The notes below the pieces were generated by a model, which saw only the letters and a list, made by a program, of their open reading frames with translations, did no database searches and had not been told where the DNA came from. From a virus, in the IMG/VR virus record IMGVR_UViG_3300008108_000039, positions 32,001 to 96,000 of that record: a DNA stretch of 64,000 nucleotides, one strand, 5' to 3'. Positions 29,222 to 38,965 of the stretch are shown here, one piece after another (positions within the stretch are counted from its first letter, which is position 1; every line of letters begins with the position of its first letter). The position numbers and the translations under genes are program-made.

Positions 29222-29971
29222 TTATACTAATCTTATCAAAATAAAGCTTCCGCTTCGATATAATCCACCTCTTGGAACTCCACCAGCGGCTGCTGCAGCA
29301 TCATTAGCAAAGTTTAAACTAGATGATACTTGAGGCATTACTATTACTTGGCTACCAGAAATAGACATTGCATAGTTAGTAGCAGAATTATAAAAAAATG
29401 TAATACTAGATGAATCAAAACGAGCTAAATCTCGTCTATTTGATACACTACCATTACCTATTACAAATAAAGATGAAGTGTTATCTAATATATTATATTG
29501 TCCTACTACTGTTTGACCTAATCCTTGAGCTACTGTGTATATACCTTCTGCGTGTGAATATGATCCAGAAGCTATAGTGCCAAGTCCTTCAGCATGAGAC
29601 GCAATACCTATTGCTTGTGTTTGGTTACCTTCTGCGTGTGATGATAAACCAGAAGCTACTGTACTTTGTCCCTCAGCATGGGCATTAAAATTATTAGCTA
29701 ATGTACTAATACCCTCAGCATGTGAATAAGCAAAAGCTGCTACTGTATTAAATCCTTCAGCATGAGCAAAGGTAGATGCTGATACATTATTTCCTTGAGC
29801 AAGTGAACCAGTAATTACTTGGTTACCACTAAATCTATTACTTCCTGTAGTTGCAAAATATGAACTGGATACTCCTAAACCTTCTAAATAGATGAAATTT
29901 CCATCCATTTCTTGATAGGTTAATTCTGATCCTTTAGGATTATTTCCTATTATACGAGTAATTAAAGGCAT
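29222..29971 (-). CDS. Virion fibre/adhesin-like protein with YadA-head-like SHAEG repeats
   Basis: Six 14-aa repeats (S/A)HAEGxxTxA; N-terminal KGSELTYQEMDGNF; C-terminal GGVPRGGLY. Confidence 0.7.
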   Translation of the reverse strand: MPLITRIIGNNPKGSELTYQEMDGNFIYLEGLGVSSSYFATTGSNRFSGNQVITGSLAQGNNVSASTFAHAEGFNTVAAFAYSHAEGISTLANNFNAHAEGQSTVASGLSSHAEGNQTQAIGIASHAEGLGTIASGSYSHAEGIYTVAQGLGQTVVGQYNILDNTSSLFVIGNGSVSNRRDLARFDSSSITFFYNSATNYAMSISGSQVIVMPQVSSSLNFANDAAAAAGGVPRGGLYRSGSFILIRLV

Positions 29972-30006
29972 TATTGTAAATTATTTACGTATAAATATAC
30001 GAATAT

Positions 30007-30528
30007 TTACAATCTTTGCTTATCTCCTTGCCATTGCCCATTATATTTTTCAGTAGATTCACATTCGTGAAAATAGATTTGAGCAACTCTTGCATCTTTT
30101 TCAATAAAAATTGGTTCAGTTACCATCATTATTGTACCCATATTATCAGTTTCAAATCCAGGATCAAATACAGGACTATTAATCAAAGCCCCATTTCTCC
30201 ATAATGATGATCGTTGTTTAATAAAGGCTACACGGTTATCAGGAATTTTGCATCCTTCCCAAAATGTAATATCATATGTATAAGGATGCAATAACCATCC
30301 ATCTACTCCATCTAAGTTAATTATTTCTACTGGTGTATAAGTAGTTAATTGGGTTTTATTTTTTAATACTTTACCAATTGGACCTTGGGCATAAGCACTA
30401 CCTCCAATTTTATTACCTACTTTATTTACAGCTTTTAGTGATAAGTCATAACCAACTTGTGCTGGTTTTCCTTTAGTATGTTCTAATTTAAGTAAACCTT
30501 CGTCTATAATCTGAGATGAATTAAGCAT
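30007..30528 (-). CDS. dcd: dCTP deaminase/dUTPase family protein
   Basis: QVGYDL, RSSLWR, VFDPGF, ARVAQI, YNGQWQG. Confidence 0.8.
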   Translation of the reverse strand: MLNSSQIIDEGLLKLEHTKGKPAQVGYDLSLKAVNKVGNKIGGSAYAQGPIGKVLKNKTQLTTYTPVEIINLDGVDGWLLHPYTYDITFWEGCKIPDNRVAFIKQRSSLWRNGALINSPVFDPGFETDNMGTIMMVTEPIFIEKDARVAQIYFHECESTEKYNGQWQGDKQRL

Positions 30529-30553
30529 AACTTTATTTTATTTTTAAATTTAA

Positions 30554-31342
30554 TTATTTTTCTTTATATTTCCAAATAAAACCACCTGCACTTTTTTGTT
30601 TACCTCTACAACAAGCATATATACCGGTACTGTCTATATTATAAAATCTTCCTGCTTCAGACTGAGATGTCCATTCTTTAATAAAATTACCTTGTAAATC
30701 ATATTGACCAACACATTTATTCCATCTACTATTTTTTCTCATTTTTTCAATAGTGGTGGTAGATTTAGATTTTTTATTTAGTTCTATTCCTGCTTTTATT
30801 TTATCTTTCACCCACTGAGGTCTTGTTTTGTTAGATAAATAATGATTTGGATCTTTATTTTTTTCTGTTTTTTCTAAATTAGGTCTATTGATCATTTCTG
30901 ATAATTTATCTCCAAAATTTATTGGTTTGGATTTGTTAGATAATGCTTTTGAAACTAATAATCTACTTTCCATTGATCTAATTTTGCCTGTTGTCTTTAA
31001 AGAATGATCAATTTTCATTTGTTCAGTTCTTACAACACCATTTCCTCCTTCTCCTCCTTTAGTTAAATTTAATCCAAATGTATTATTGTTATAATGATAA
31101 GAATTATAATGATTTATCCAATATATTTCACGATCATTTAATTGGTCTTCGTTACATTCTTCTATTATTTCAAATATATGCTTATCCCAACCATATTTTT
31201 GAAGCGAATTATATATTTTAGTTTGTTTATTATTTTCCTTTAAATGTTTATAGTTTTTAAATCTACTAATAATATTTTTACTTTTACCTATATAAATTGC
31301 TCCTAAAGGATTGGTAATTTTATATATTCCACATTTTATCAT
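30554..31342 (-). mobile_element. GIY-YIG homing endonuclease with NUMOD3/NUMOD1-like tail
   Basis: GIYKITN...YIGKS..R; E..WI; LNLTKGGEG; QYDLQG..IKEW.S..EA...GGFIWKY. Confidence 0.9.
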
Positions 31343-31366
31343 AATATATTGTTTGCAATAAATATG
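31340..31366 (-). promoter_or_regulatory. Start-codon-sequestering hairpin containing the promoter motif (GIY-YIG gene)
   Basis: CAUA.UUAUUG-CAAA-CAAUA..UAUG (weak, AU-rich). Confidence 0.5.
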
Positions 31367-31387
31367 TGGTGCTTGTAGAGAACAACA

Positions 31388-32023
31388 TTATTTCATGGGT
31401 GTTCCATTCATGTGGATAGCTGACATTAATTCTTCTCTAACAAGATTATCTTTTTCAAGAAAGACACCGCTGAATTTATTTGTGGTCATTGTAGAACCAT
31501 GCTTTATTCCCCTTGAACTACAGCATGTATGTTTACAAGCAATACTTACTGCTACTGATGGACAATCCATTTTAGTAGCTAAATAATCATGAATTTGTTG
31601 TGTTAATGATTCTTGCATTTGTGGTCTACGAGAAAACCATTCAACAATACGATTTAATTTACTTAAACCTATTACTTGTGCACCTGGTACATAGGCTAAT
31701 GTAGCATAACCTGTAAATGCAAGATTATGGTGTGCACACATACTAACAATAGGAATACCTGATTGAATTACTAATCCATTATATCCATCATCATTAGGGA
31801 ATACTGTAATATTTGGTTCGTCAGTAATACTACCTACAATTAAATCTTTAAGCCATGCTTTAGCTACACGACGAGGAGTATCTACTGTTTGTCTATCAGC
31901 TTCATAATCAAAACCAACGGCATTTAGGAATTGTCCATATGCTTCGGCAGCTTTATCAATCATTTGCTCAATTTGTTCTGGTGTACGAGCTAAATTACCA
32001 TTTGATTTTTTTAATAATTCCAT
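31388..32023 (-). CDS. folE: GTP cyclohydrolase I
   Basis: DTPRRVAK, SMCAHH, GLSKLNR, RRPQMQE, HTCCSSRG. Confidence 0.95.
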   Translation of the reverse strand: MELLKKSNGNLARTPEQIEQMIDKAAEAYGQFLNAVGFDYEADRQTVDTPRRVAKAWLKDLIVGSITDEPNITVFPNDDGYNGLVIQSGIPIVSMCAHHNLAFTGYATLAYVPGAQVIGLSKLNRIVEWFSRRPQMQESLTQQIHDYLATKMDCPSVAVSIACKHTCCSSRGIKHGSTMTTNKFSGVFLEKDNLVREELMSAIHMNGTPMK

Positions 32024-32039
32024 ATTATATTTTTAATGT

Positions 32040-32249
32040 TTATAATTCTTCCTCTGTCAACTCTATTAAATTCTCAGTATGTAATATAGCAGGTATTCCT
32101 GTTTCTATATTTTGACAATAAGAATGACCATCCATACCTTCTACCTCTCCAAAACAGGCAAATACAGCTCCTTCGAATGGATTTGGATTATTCTTTTTCC
32201 AATTATCGTCGAAAGAATCATAATCGTATTTAACAAGTTTTATTTTCAT
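32040..32249 (-). CDS. Hypothetical protein
   Basis: 69 aa ORF in operon. Confidence 0.55.
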   Translation of the reverse strand: MKIKLVKYDYDSFDDNWKKNNPNPFEGAVFACFGEVEGMDGHSYCQNIETGIPAILHTENLIELTEEEL

Positions 32250-32388
32250 ATTTATTCATTTGATTTACAACATCTTTAATACTCTTCACCCAAGCACCTA
32301 TAATATCTCTTCTCCAGTTCCAAATTGAGTTATGCGCATCCCAAATTTCTTTTGGTACTTCTACATATATGATTCTTTCCTTTTTCAT
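32230..32388 (-). CDS. Small hypothetical protein (52 aa, not in ORF track)
   Basis: Read manually: MKKERIIYVEVPKEIWDAHNSIWNWRRDIIGAWVK...; fills the gap between neighbours. Confidence 0.5.
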   Translation of the reverse strand: MKKERIIYVEVPKEIWDAHNSIWNWRRDIIGAWVKSIKDVVNQMNKYENKTC

Positions 32389-32389
32389 A

Positions 32390-32695
32390 TTAATTGTTTA
32401 ATGTTTTCTCAAATAATACTTTCAATTTATCTTTAAAGATTGTCATCACTATATCTTCAGCTATGAGGTACCCGTATGGACTAAGCATATCTTCACAAAG
32501 TTGATATCCTAAGAAATAGTTTTCTTCGATGCCTAACAAAGCCATTTTAGTTAAAACTCCTAGTTGGCCAATTGGATAGTGTTCTGATGGTTCTGTTCTA
32601 GTCATTTCACCTATAATCTCAACTTCTAAATCTTTATTGACATGTTTCAATAGATTAATGGCGGCTATAATAACAGGACTGATTTCGTTATTCAT
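32390..32695 (-). CDS. Hypothetical protein
   Basis: 101 aa ORF in operon. Confidence 0.5.
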   Translation of the reverse strand: MNNEISPVIIAAINLLKHVNKDLEVEIIGEMTRTEPSEHYPIGQLGVLTKMALLGIEENYFLGYQLCEDMLSPYGYLIAEDIVMTIFKDKLKVLFEKTLNN

Positions 32696-32696
32696 A

Positions 32697-33587
32697 CTAT
32701 ACGTTTAATGTTTTATTCCAAGCCGCAATATGCAAACGAGTTAAACCACGGAATCTATATTTCTTTGCCATTTCAAGACAGAATTGAGTACGCTCTTCAA
32801 AATCTTTAACATCGTCTAAACCAGGCATACAAACTACATTTTTAAGTGGGATATTGAATGGTTCTACAAAATCACGGAATAGTTCCTTAACATCATCTTC
32901 TGTACTAATAACAAATTTGAATTGGTAATTTTTATGTTCCATAATACGCTTAATAGCGGCAGGTACAATACGTTGTTTTTCAGTCATACCTGAGTTTGAT
33001 AACTTAGGTGAGCAGTTGATTTGATCTAATATGTCAAATAGAGGTTGATCGATATAAACTGTACCATTTGTTTCTATTTCATTATATTGGCTGTTTCCAT
33101 TTCTTTTTCTATATTTAATACTCTCTCCATTATATAATGGAACTTGTACATGGTTAGCAAAATCAACCATTGCCCAATATTTAAAGAAATTAACAATAGC
33201 TTCTTGATGACCTTTAATTGTAGGTTCACCACCAGTCCAAATAATGTGAATTAAACCACTCTTGATATCATCATATATACCCTGTTCCTTCCATCTGTCA
33301 ATTAGATATTGAAACTCTTTATCTTCACCTCTCCAAGCCCATTGTGAGAGAGAATCACACGTCCATGTTGCTTTACCTTCAGCATGAAGATCACCAACAA
33401 TTATCTCTCCATCTTCTAATAATTTATCTTTAACTATTTGATTCATATGTTTTTTGGATAGTCCGCAGCTAAGATTGCATATTCCTAGTCTTACAAAATA
33501 TGAAGGTACTCCTGTGCTTATTCCTTCTCCTTGAACGCTATAAAAGTCGCTACTAATTAATAATTTATTTGGGTCTATCTTACTCAT
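32697..33587 (-). CDS. queE: 7-carboxy-7-deazaguanine synthase (radical SAM)
   Basis: FYSVQGEG, FVRLGICNLSC...CDS with long insert, TGGEP, EIETNGT, SPKL, RLH. Confidence 0.92.
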   Translation of the reverse strand: MSKIDPNKLLISSDFYSVQGEGISTGVPSYFVRLGICNLSCGLSKKHMNQIVKDKLLEDGEIIVGDLHAEGKATWTCDSLSQWAWRGEDKEFQYLIDRWKEQGIYDDIKSGLIHIIWTGGEPTIKGHQEAIVNFFKYWAMVDFANHVQVPLYNGESIKYRKRNGNSQYNEIETNGTVYIDQPLFDILDQINCSPKLSNSGMTEKQRIVPAAIKRIMEHKNYQFKFVISTEDDVKELFRDFVEPFNIPLKNVVCMPGLDDVKDFEERTQFCLEMAKKYRFRGLTRLHIAAWNKTLNV

Positions 33588-33590
33588 TTT

Positions 33591-33962
33591 CTACAATTTA
33601 ATTTCATTTCTAATTTGTTCTAGGGCAGAGCTGGGCATATGTCTTACGCAGTAGTCCACAATATGCTTCAATTCATGTGGTTGTATAATCATAAATTCTA
33701 GGGAGTATTCTACATTTTCACCTAATTCAACTTCCCTTATCTGTGGTGCTACCTTAGGGTTCAATTCCACTGCTATTTTTTGAATCATGGCATCCTGAAC
33801 TACATTTAATCCATAATGCATTTTAAGTTCTGATACAAGCTCTTTAGGATACTGTACTTTAACAGTGTAGAAGTTATTTTCTAGTACCTTACCCTGTTTA
33901 TAATCGGTTAGAGCTTTAAGCAAGTCTCTATGTAGTTCTATACCTTCTAGATTTACACTCAT
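33591..33962 (-). CDS. Hypothetical protein
   Basis: 123 aa ORF in operon. Confidence 0.55.
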   Translation of the reverse strand: MSVNLEGIELHRDLLKALTDYKQGKVLENNFYTVKVQYPKELVSELKMHYGLNVVQDAMIQKIAVELNPKVAPQIREVELGENVEYSLEFMIIQPHELKHIVDYCVRHMPSSALEQIRNEIKL

Positions 33963-34159
33963 TTTCTACGATTTGATTTTTTAGCAGGAGCTTTTTCTTC
34001 AGCTTGTACTTCAGGTTTTGGTTCCGGTTCGGGAGTACGATTAGATGACTTCCACTCTGATTTTGAAACATACTGCCAGGTACGGCCTACCATTTGATAG
34101 GCCTGTCTATCATCTACTCTAACGATGTTACCTGTTTTTGAATTTTTGATACACTTCAT
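33959..34159 (-). CDS. Small hypothetical protein
   Basis: MKCIKNSKTGNIVRV..W.YVSKSEWK; start at 34159 inferred from ATGA coupling with the upstream micro-ORF. Confidence 0.6.
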   Translation of the reverse strand: MKCIKNSKTGNIVRVDDRQAYQMVGRTWQYVSKSEWKSSNRTPEPEPKPEVQAEEKAPAKKSNRRK

Positions 34160-34281
34160 AGTTTCCTCCATGTTTTTAGATAATTAAATATACAAAATAA
34201 ATTTGGCCATTCAGTAATTGCTATAAGACTAAAATGTTTTTCACCACATAATCCTAATATATGTTCTATAATATGTATCAT
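34156..34281 (-). CDS. Small hypothetical protein (41 aa, not in ORF track)
   Basis: MIHIIEHILGLCGEKHFSL...; ATGA overlaps at both ends. Confidence 0.55.
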   Translation of the reverse strand: MIHIIEHILGLCGEKHFSLIAITEWPNLFCIFNYLKTWRKL

Positions 34282-34526
34282 TTTTTCTTTTTAAAATATA
34301 CAGTACCTGCAGTACCGATAAACGCACCTAATACAGCTGCTATAATTAATGATTTATCTTCAACATAACTAGTAGTAATAAAAGAACTTGCTACAATAAT
34401 AAGAGAGGACCAAATACCAGCAGCTATTGCTTTACGTTCTTCTACTTTAATAAAATAATAAGTCCAACAAACATCAGCTATAATCATAGCTACCATAACA
34501 CCTATAAAACTTAATATATAACTCAT
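34278..34526 (-). CDS. Small 3-TM membrane protein
   Basis: Three hydrophobic helices, basic C-terminus. Confidence 0.65.
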   Translation of the reverse strand: MSYILSFIGVMVAMIIADVCWTYYFIKVEERKAIAAGIWSSLIIVASSFITTSYVEDKSLIIAAVLGAFIGTAGTVYFKKKK

Positions 34527-34541
34527 AATTTTAAAATTAAA

Positions 34542-34567
34542 AATATCCCCTTAATACAGGGGATATT
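34542..34567 (-). terminator. Intrinsic terminator
   Basis: 10-bp stem AATATCCCCT/AGGGGATATT, 6-nt loop, T-tract follows on the minus strand. Confidence 0.8.
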
Positions 34568-34583
34568 ACTTGAAATTAGTGAA

Positions 34584-34793
34584 TTAAGCTAATTCACTGT
34601 TTTTGATTCTACGACGAGACATGTTATACATCGCACTTGCAAGATCACCGTTTACTCCACGTTCACCACGTAACACGTAGTTTACATAACGAGAAGTAAG
34701 ACCAGTTGTTTCTGCAAGACGTGTAGTGTCTCCTTGGCGTTTGCGTGCTGTAAAAAAAGCAAGCTTAGCTGTTTTGTTTAGTCTTCTTGACAT
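34584..34793 (-). CDS. Small basic HTH DNA-binding protein
   Basis: GDTTRLAETTGLTSRYVNYVLRG helix-turn-helix; Arg/Lys rich. Confidence 0.7.
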   Translation of the reverse strand: MSRRLNKTAKLAFFTARKRQGDTTRLAETTGLTSRYVNYVLRGERGVNGDLASAMYNMSRRRIKNSELA

Positions 34794-34795
34794 AA

Positions 34796-35107
34796 CTATA
34801 TTTGGTTTTGATTTAAATATTCTTCTATCTTTATTCCTTTTTCTTTCTCTTGATGATGGAAATCTCTATGACAATTGGAACAAAGAATAACACATTTATC
34901 TATTTCTTGTTTTATTCGTTTCCAACTATATCTAAAACCTTGGCTTATTTTAAAATTTTTTTCTTTAGGATCAATATGGTGAAAATCAAGTAAATGATTT
35001 TTATCTTCTCCACATTTTAAACACGACAATGAATTTTTAAAATCATTTATTTTTTCACGTTGTTGTTTTACATATGTCCTTCTATAGTTTTTTTTAACTT
35101 CTAACAT
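34796..35107 (-). mobile_element. Small HNH endonuclease
   Basis: CLKCG...LDFHH.DP..K...EIDKCVILCSNCHR..H. Confidence 0.85.
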
Positions 35108-35978
35108 TGTTTAGTTTACTATGTTCAACTAAAACTTTTAAAACATGATCACGAGCCGTTTCCCAACTTACAGGTCCGTTTTCTAGATCTGCATATGCTA
35201 CAGGATCAGGACGTCCTAGTTTAATAAATGCTTCTATACGTTCTACAGATGCTGCTGATTTATAATCGGAATACCATGTACCTGATGTTACTATGTCTGC
35301 CCAAGCATGTTTAATGAAAATTGGTTTATAAGACGTATTGGTACGGCTATATACTTCATCAAAGTTTAAACCTAATTTTTCACAACATTTCAAACCATCT
35401 TCCAATATTTCAAATTTACTTCCTTCAAGATATGGAGTATAGAAACTAACTAATTCTGAATCCCAATTTCCGATTTTAAATGCTTCAAAATCAGCATCTC
35501 TAAATTCCTGTCTACAATCAGGGTATATGGCATGGTCACCAGCGTGAATACCTAATGCAATTTCTACTGGTTGTTTTTCACCTTTAGTTGCTAATGACAA
35601 TGCTACTGCTTGAATAATTGAACTAAATATCTTATTACGATTAGGAACAACAGTTTCTTTCATATTGTCCTGTTCGTAATGTCCTTCAGGAACATCTTGT
35701 CCACCTGTTACTAAAGCTGAATTTAGTAATTGCTGTAAACCATCTAGTTTGATAATCTGATGCTTAATTGGAGTAGTCCATTTATCTGAATGTTTAGCAA
35801 ATTCAGTTTGAATGTACTTAACTAATTCAGTAGCACGCTCTAATTCTACTTTATGTTTTTGTCCATAATCAAATGATAGAGCTGTTACTTCATAACCGTT
35901 TGCAAGTAGGTGTAATAATAATGAACTGCTATCCATACCACCTGATAGTGATAATACTGCTTTTTTATTTTGTGACAT
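35094..35978 (-). CDS. queC: 7-cyano-7-deazaguanine synthase
   Basis: SLSGGMDS, FDYGQKH, VVPNRN, YPDCR, ERIEAF; C-terminal Zn Cys residues replaced (TNTSY, YKSAAS). Confidence 0.93.
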   Translation of the reverse strand: MSQNKKAVLSLSGGMDSSSLLLHLLANGYEVTALSFDYGQKHKVELERATELVKYIQTEFAKHSDKWTTPIKHQIIKLDGLQQLLNSALVTGGQDVPEGHYEQDNMKETVVPNRNKIFSSIIQAVALSLATKGEKQPVEIALGIHAGDHAIYPDCRQEFRDADFEAFKIGNWDSELVSFYTPYLEGSKFEILEDGLKCCEKLGLNFDEVYSRTNTSYKPIFIKHAWADIVTSGTWYSDYKSAASVERIEAFIKLGRPDPVAYADLENGPVSWETARDHVLKVLVEHSKLNNVRS

Positions 35979-35987
35979 ATGAATTAT

Positions 35988-36194
35988 TTATTGATTTAAA
36001 TTACCTGCAGCCTTAAAATATAATTCTAAAAATGTTTTTGGATATAAACAAACTTCTCCTGAATAAGATGGGTTTGAAATTGTTCTTGTTTTAATTTTAA
36101 TACCAATTGATGTAGCTACTTCTGCTACTTGTTTTCCTAAATTTTTACCTGCGGCTTTACCTAAGAAATCATAAAGTGATACAAAATTTTCCAT
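35988..36194 (-). CDS. Hypothetical protein
   Basis: SLYDFLGKAAG..LGKQV...YSGEVCLYP..FL; between the dpdA-like gene and queC. Confidence 0.6.
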   Translation of the reverse strand: MENFVSLYDFLGKAAGKNLGKQVAEVATSIGIKIKTRTISNPSYSGEVCLYPKTFLELYFKAAGNLNQ

Positions 36195-36209
36195 AACTTA
36201 ATTTGTTTT

Positions 36210-37001
36210 TTATTTAATAAATGATTTAAACCTTTGTACATTAAAGATAATATCTTCTATTTTGTCTTCCAAATTTTTCTCAAAATAATATTCTAATTTA
36301 TGTTCCGGTTTGAAATTAATTCCACTATCATGATAACGAACACCTTCAGCTCCAACTAAAATAGGATTAGACGTATCTACTGATTTAATAAATGGCCAAT
36401 CTTTATAAGACATGAATTCTTGAGGTAATGAACATCCTAATAAATGATGATATATGTCTTTTCTTATAGTATTTTTTTCAACTAAGCGTCTAATAAGTTC
36501 CATTCTACCATACATTTGCTTTTTTAATTTAGGCATACTACTTTCATATTCTTTCTCATATGCTATACTAGAATGGTTAAAAGCAATATGAGTATATCCT
36601 AAGTCAACCAATGTTTGATAAGTTGTAATTAATTCTCCCATAGTTTTACCCTGGCATACAGCCATTAGATTTGTTTCTTTAGGTAAATATTGTTTGTAAT
36701 TAATTATCCAACTTTTAGCATTAACTAAAGTAGTAGTAGCATCATTCCAGGCATCAGGTACAATGAATATATTTGGTTTAATTAAATTAATTTTTTCTAA
36801 TAAATCTTCTATTGTGTGAGTTACTCCCTCAAATAGACCATTATCACAGATTATAAATGAACCTGGTTTTTCTCTATATTCTAACATATGAGTTTTATAT
36901 TGAGGGTATTGGTCTGTTAAATGAGGTAAAACATATTGATAATCATTCCATTCTAAACTTTCCTTTAAAAAACATAAAGATACTTCATGACTAACCTTCA
37001 T
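36210..37001 (-). CDS. TGT-fold deazaguanine transglycosylase-like protein (DpdA-like)
   Basis: CDNGLFE (cf. TGT DSG), VPD, AVCQG, HHLLG, SVDTS; flanked by queD and queC. Confidence 0.75.
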   Translation of the reverse strand: MKVSHEVSLCFLKESLEWNDYQYVLPHLTDQYPQYKTHMLEYREKPGSFIICDNGLFEGVTHTIEDLLEKINLIKPNIFIVPDAWNDATTTLVNAKSWIINYKQYLPKETNLMAVCQGKTMGELITTYQTLVDLGYTHIAFNHSSIAYEKEYESSMPKLKKQMYGRMELIRRLVEKNTIRKDIYHHLLGCSLPQEFMSYKDWPFIKSVDTSNPILVGAEGVRYHDSGINFKPEHKLEYYFEKNLEDKIEDIIFNVQRFKSFIK

Positions 37002-37455
37002 ATATAGCTGTATTTTTACTATGTTCCATAAATTCTACTCTTACAACTTTAACTCTACCACTAGTTTCTTCTTGAATAAATGTATTTAATTTATCATAAA
37101 TAAATTTAGCAAATTGTTCTGCTCCTACAGCTGGTATTATTCTTAATTGTATTATGCCTAGTTGATCCATTGTTTTAAATCCACCTAATCCTGGGTCATC
37201 TTCTGCTACAATTGTAGTATGATCAAACATATAATCCATCCATGCTTTAGGATTTTTACCATCAATAGTACCTTTAGCTCTTTTCATCCCTCCAAAATCC
37301 CAAACCCAGTTTCTTTCATCTAAATCACCTTCAAACCACACTCTAAATGATACTCCATATCCGTGGAGAAATTTACAATGAGTTCCTTCTGCTTTCCATT
37401 GGCGAAATACAGTACTATATCCATCAAACAATTTTGTTGATTGAAATTTTGGCAT
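36991..37455 (-). CDS. queD: 6-carboxytetrahydropterin synthase
   Basis: HCKFLHGY, WVWDFGG, FDHT, GAEQFA, EHSKN.A.Y. Confidence 0.9.
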   Translation of the reverse strand: MPKFQSTKLFDGYSTVFRQWKAEGTHCKFLHGYGVSFRVWFEGDLDERNWVWDFGGMKRAKGTIDGKNPKAWMDYMFDHTTIVAEDDPGLGGFKTMDQLGIIQLRIIPAVGAEQFAKFIYDKLNTFIQEETSGRVKVVRVEFMEHSKNTAIYEG

Positions 37456-37458
37456 AAT

Positions 37459-37662
37459 TTAATTTTTATAAGTAACGCTTGGTCTAAACAATATAGTGGC
37501 TAATAAATTTAGTCCTACTGCTTGCCAGAATGAAATAGAAGGCAAACTAAATAAACTAGGCATTAACCAATTCCACAATAGTTGTAATGGTAATCCTAAT
37601 AATAAAACTACTATTAAAACTAAAAATACAACGTACAAAACAGTGTTAAAATTATTCTTCAT
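37459..37662 (-). CDS. Small membrane protein
   Basis: LLWNWLMP.LF.LP.ISFWQA.GL. Confidence 0.65.
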   Translation of the reverse strand: MKNNFNTVLYVVFLVLIVVLLLGLPLQLLWNWLMPSLFSLPSISFWQAVGLNLLATILFRPSVTYKN

Positions 37663-37822
37663 TTTCTATATTATTTATTATTCCATTTAATGATTGTTCA
37701 ATTTTAGAAACAATTGCTAATAATTCATTTAGCATATCCATTTGTTCTTCAGGAGTTGATACACTTATATTTTTTTGTATTTCAAGTACTCTTTCGTGTA
37801 CTGTTTTATCTATTTCTTCCAT
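37652..37822 (-). CDS. Small acidic helical protein (56 aa, not in ORF track)
   Basis: Read manually: MEEIDKTVHERVLEIQ...IENEE; fills the gap. Confidence 0.55.
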   Translation of the reverse strand: MEEIDKTVHERVLEIQKNISVSTPEEQMDMLNELLAIVSKIEQSLNGIINNIENEE

Positions 37823-37823
37823 C

Positions 37824-38089
<266 letters not shown>

Positions 38090-38099
38090 AGTTATATAT

Positions 38100-38291
38100 T
38101 TAATCATCTGATTCAACTACATGATTCATCACAGTAACACTATTAATATTACCAAGTGGAGGTGGAGTTCCTGTAGTAATAGTTGCGTGAGTCTGTTGAG
38201 GACAAGCAACACACATAATTGTAGTGGGAGAATACACTCTTTTACATTTAGGACATTCCCAACCTTGTTGTATAAAATTTGTTTGAAACAT
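38100..38291 (-). CDS. Zn-ribbon hypothetical protein
   Basis: QQGWECPKCKRVYSP...CVAC. Confidence 0.65.
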   Translation of the reverse strand: MFQTNFIQQGWECPKCKRVYSPTTIMCVACPQQTHATITTGTPPPLGNINSVTVMNHVVESDD

Positions 38292-38317
38292 ATATTAATT
38301 TTTAAATATTAATTTCA

Positions 38318-38905
38318 TCATTTATAATCCCATTTATAATTTTTATATTGTTCTCTTCTACCTTTACAGCATTGAATAATATATATTTCACTTAATTTTA
38401 AAGAACTAGATGCTTCTTTTATTGTGTTCCACTCTTTAATAACGTTTCCCTCTAAATCTTTTTGATATACTTGTTTATTATTTTTTCTATTCTGGTATGA
38501 TGGGTGGTTTTGTTTAGCTAATGATATTTTAAGATTATGTTCTGGTGTAAATTTTCTACCTTTTAACTTTTTATTTCTGTTTTTAATAGATTGTTCAGAC
38601 CATTTTATTCCTTTTGATCCACTTTCACCACCTTCACTTTTATTAACTAATATACCATTTTCTTCATATCCTACTCTACCATATAATTTAATATAGTATT
38701 GTTCTTTATTAGCAGCTTGTTCTAATGTTAGATCATTATGAACTAATTCAACAATAGGATTACCATGTTTTTTAACATAATTTATCCAATGTTTATTTCG
38801 TCCTCTGCCTTTATCCCATGCTCTTCTATCTAATCCTAATCCAACATAGAATATTTCTTTTGTTATTGGATTACGATGGAAGTAAATATAATATGTATTT
38901 ATCAT
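38318..38905 (-). mobile_element. GIY-YIG-like homing endonuclease with NUMOD3/NUMOD1-like tail
   Basis: YIYFH...FYVGLG..R, E...I..YGR, LVNKSEGGE, KGRKFTPEH..KIS, QKDLEG.VIKEW. Confidence 0.8.
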
Positions 38906-38936
38906 CGATATTTGTTGTTTTAGTCGATAATAAATA
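38896..38936 (-). promoter_or_regulatory. Start-codon-sequestering hairpin containing the promoter motif (GIY-YIG-like gene)
   Basis: 13-bp stem UAUUUAUUAUCGA / UCGAUGAUAAAUA with one G-U pair. Confidence 0.7.
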
Positions 38937-38939
38937 TTA

Positions 38940-38958
38940 GGGCCCTCAATGAGGGCCC
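38940..38958. terminator. GC-rich hairpin after the RNR gene
   Basis: GGGCCCTC-AAT-GAGGGCCC perfect 8-bp stem, AT tracts on both sides. Confidence 0.65.
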
Positions 38959-38965
38959 ATTTTAT

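Noticed and set aside
31388-37455. Queuosine tRNA-modification pathway
   Set aside because: No queF/queA/queG and no tRNA genes recognised; phage context favours DNA modification, though this is untested
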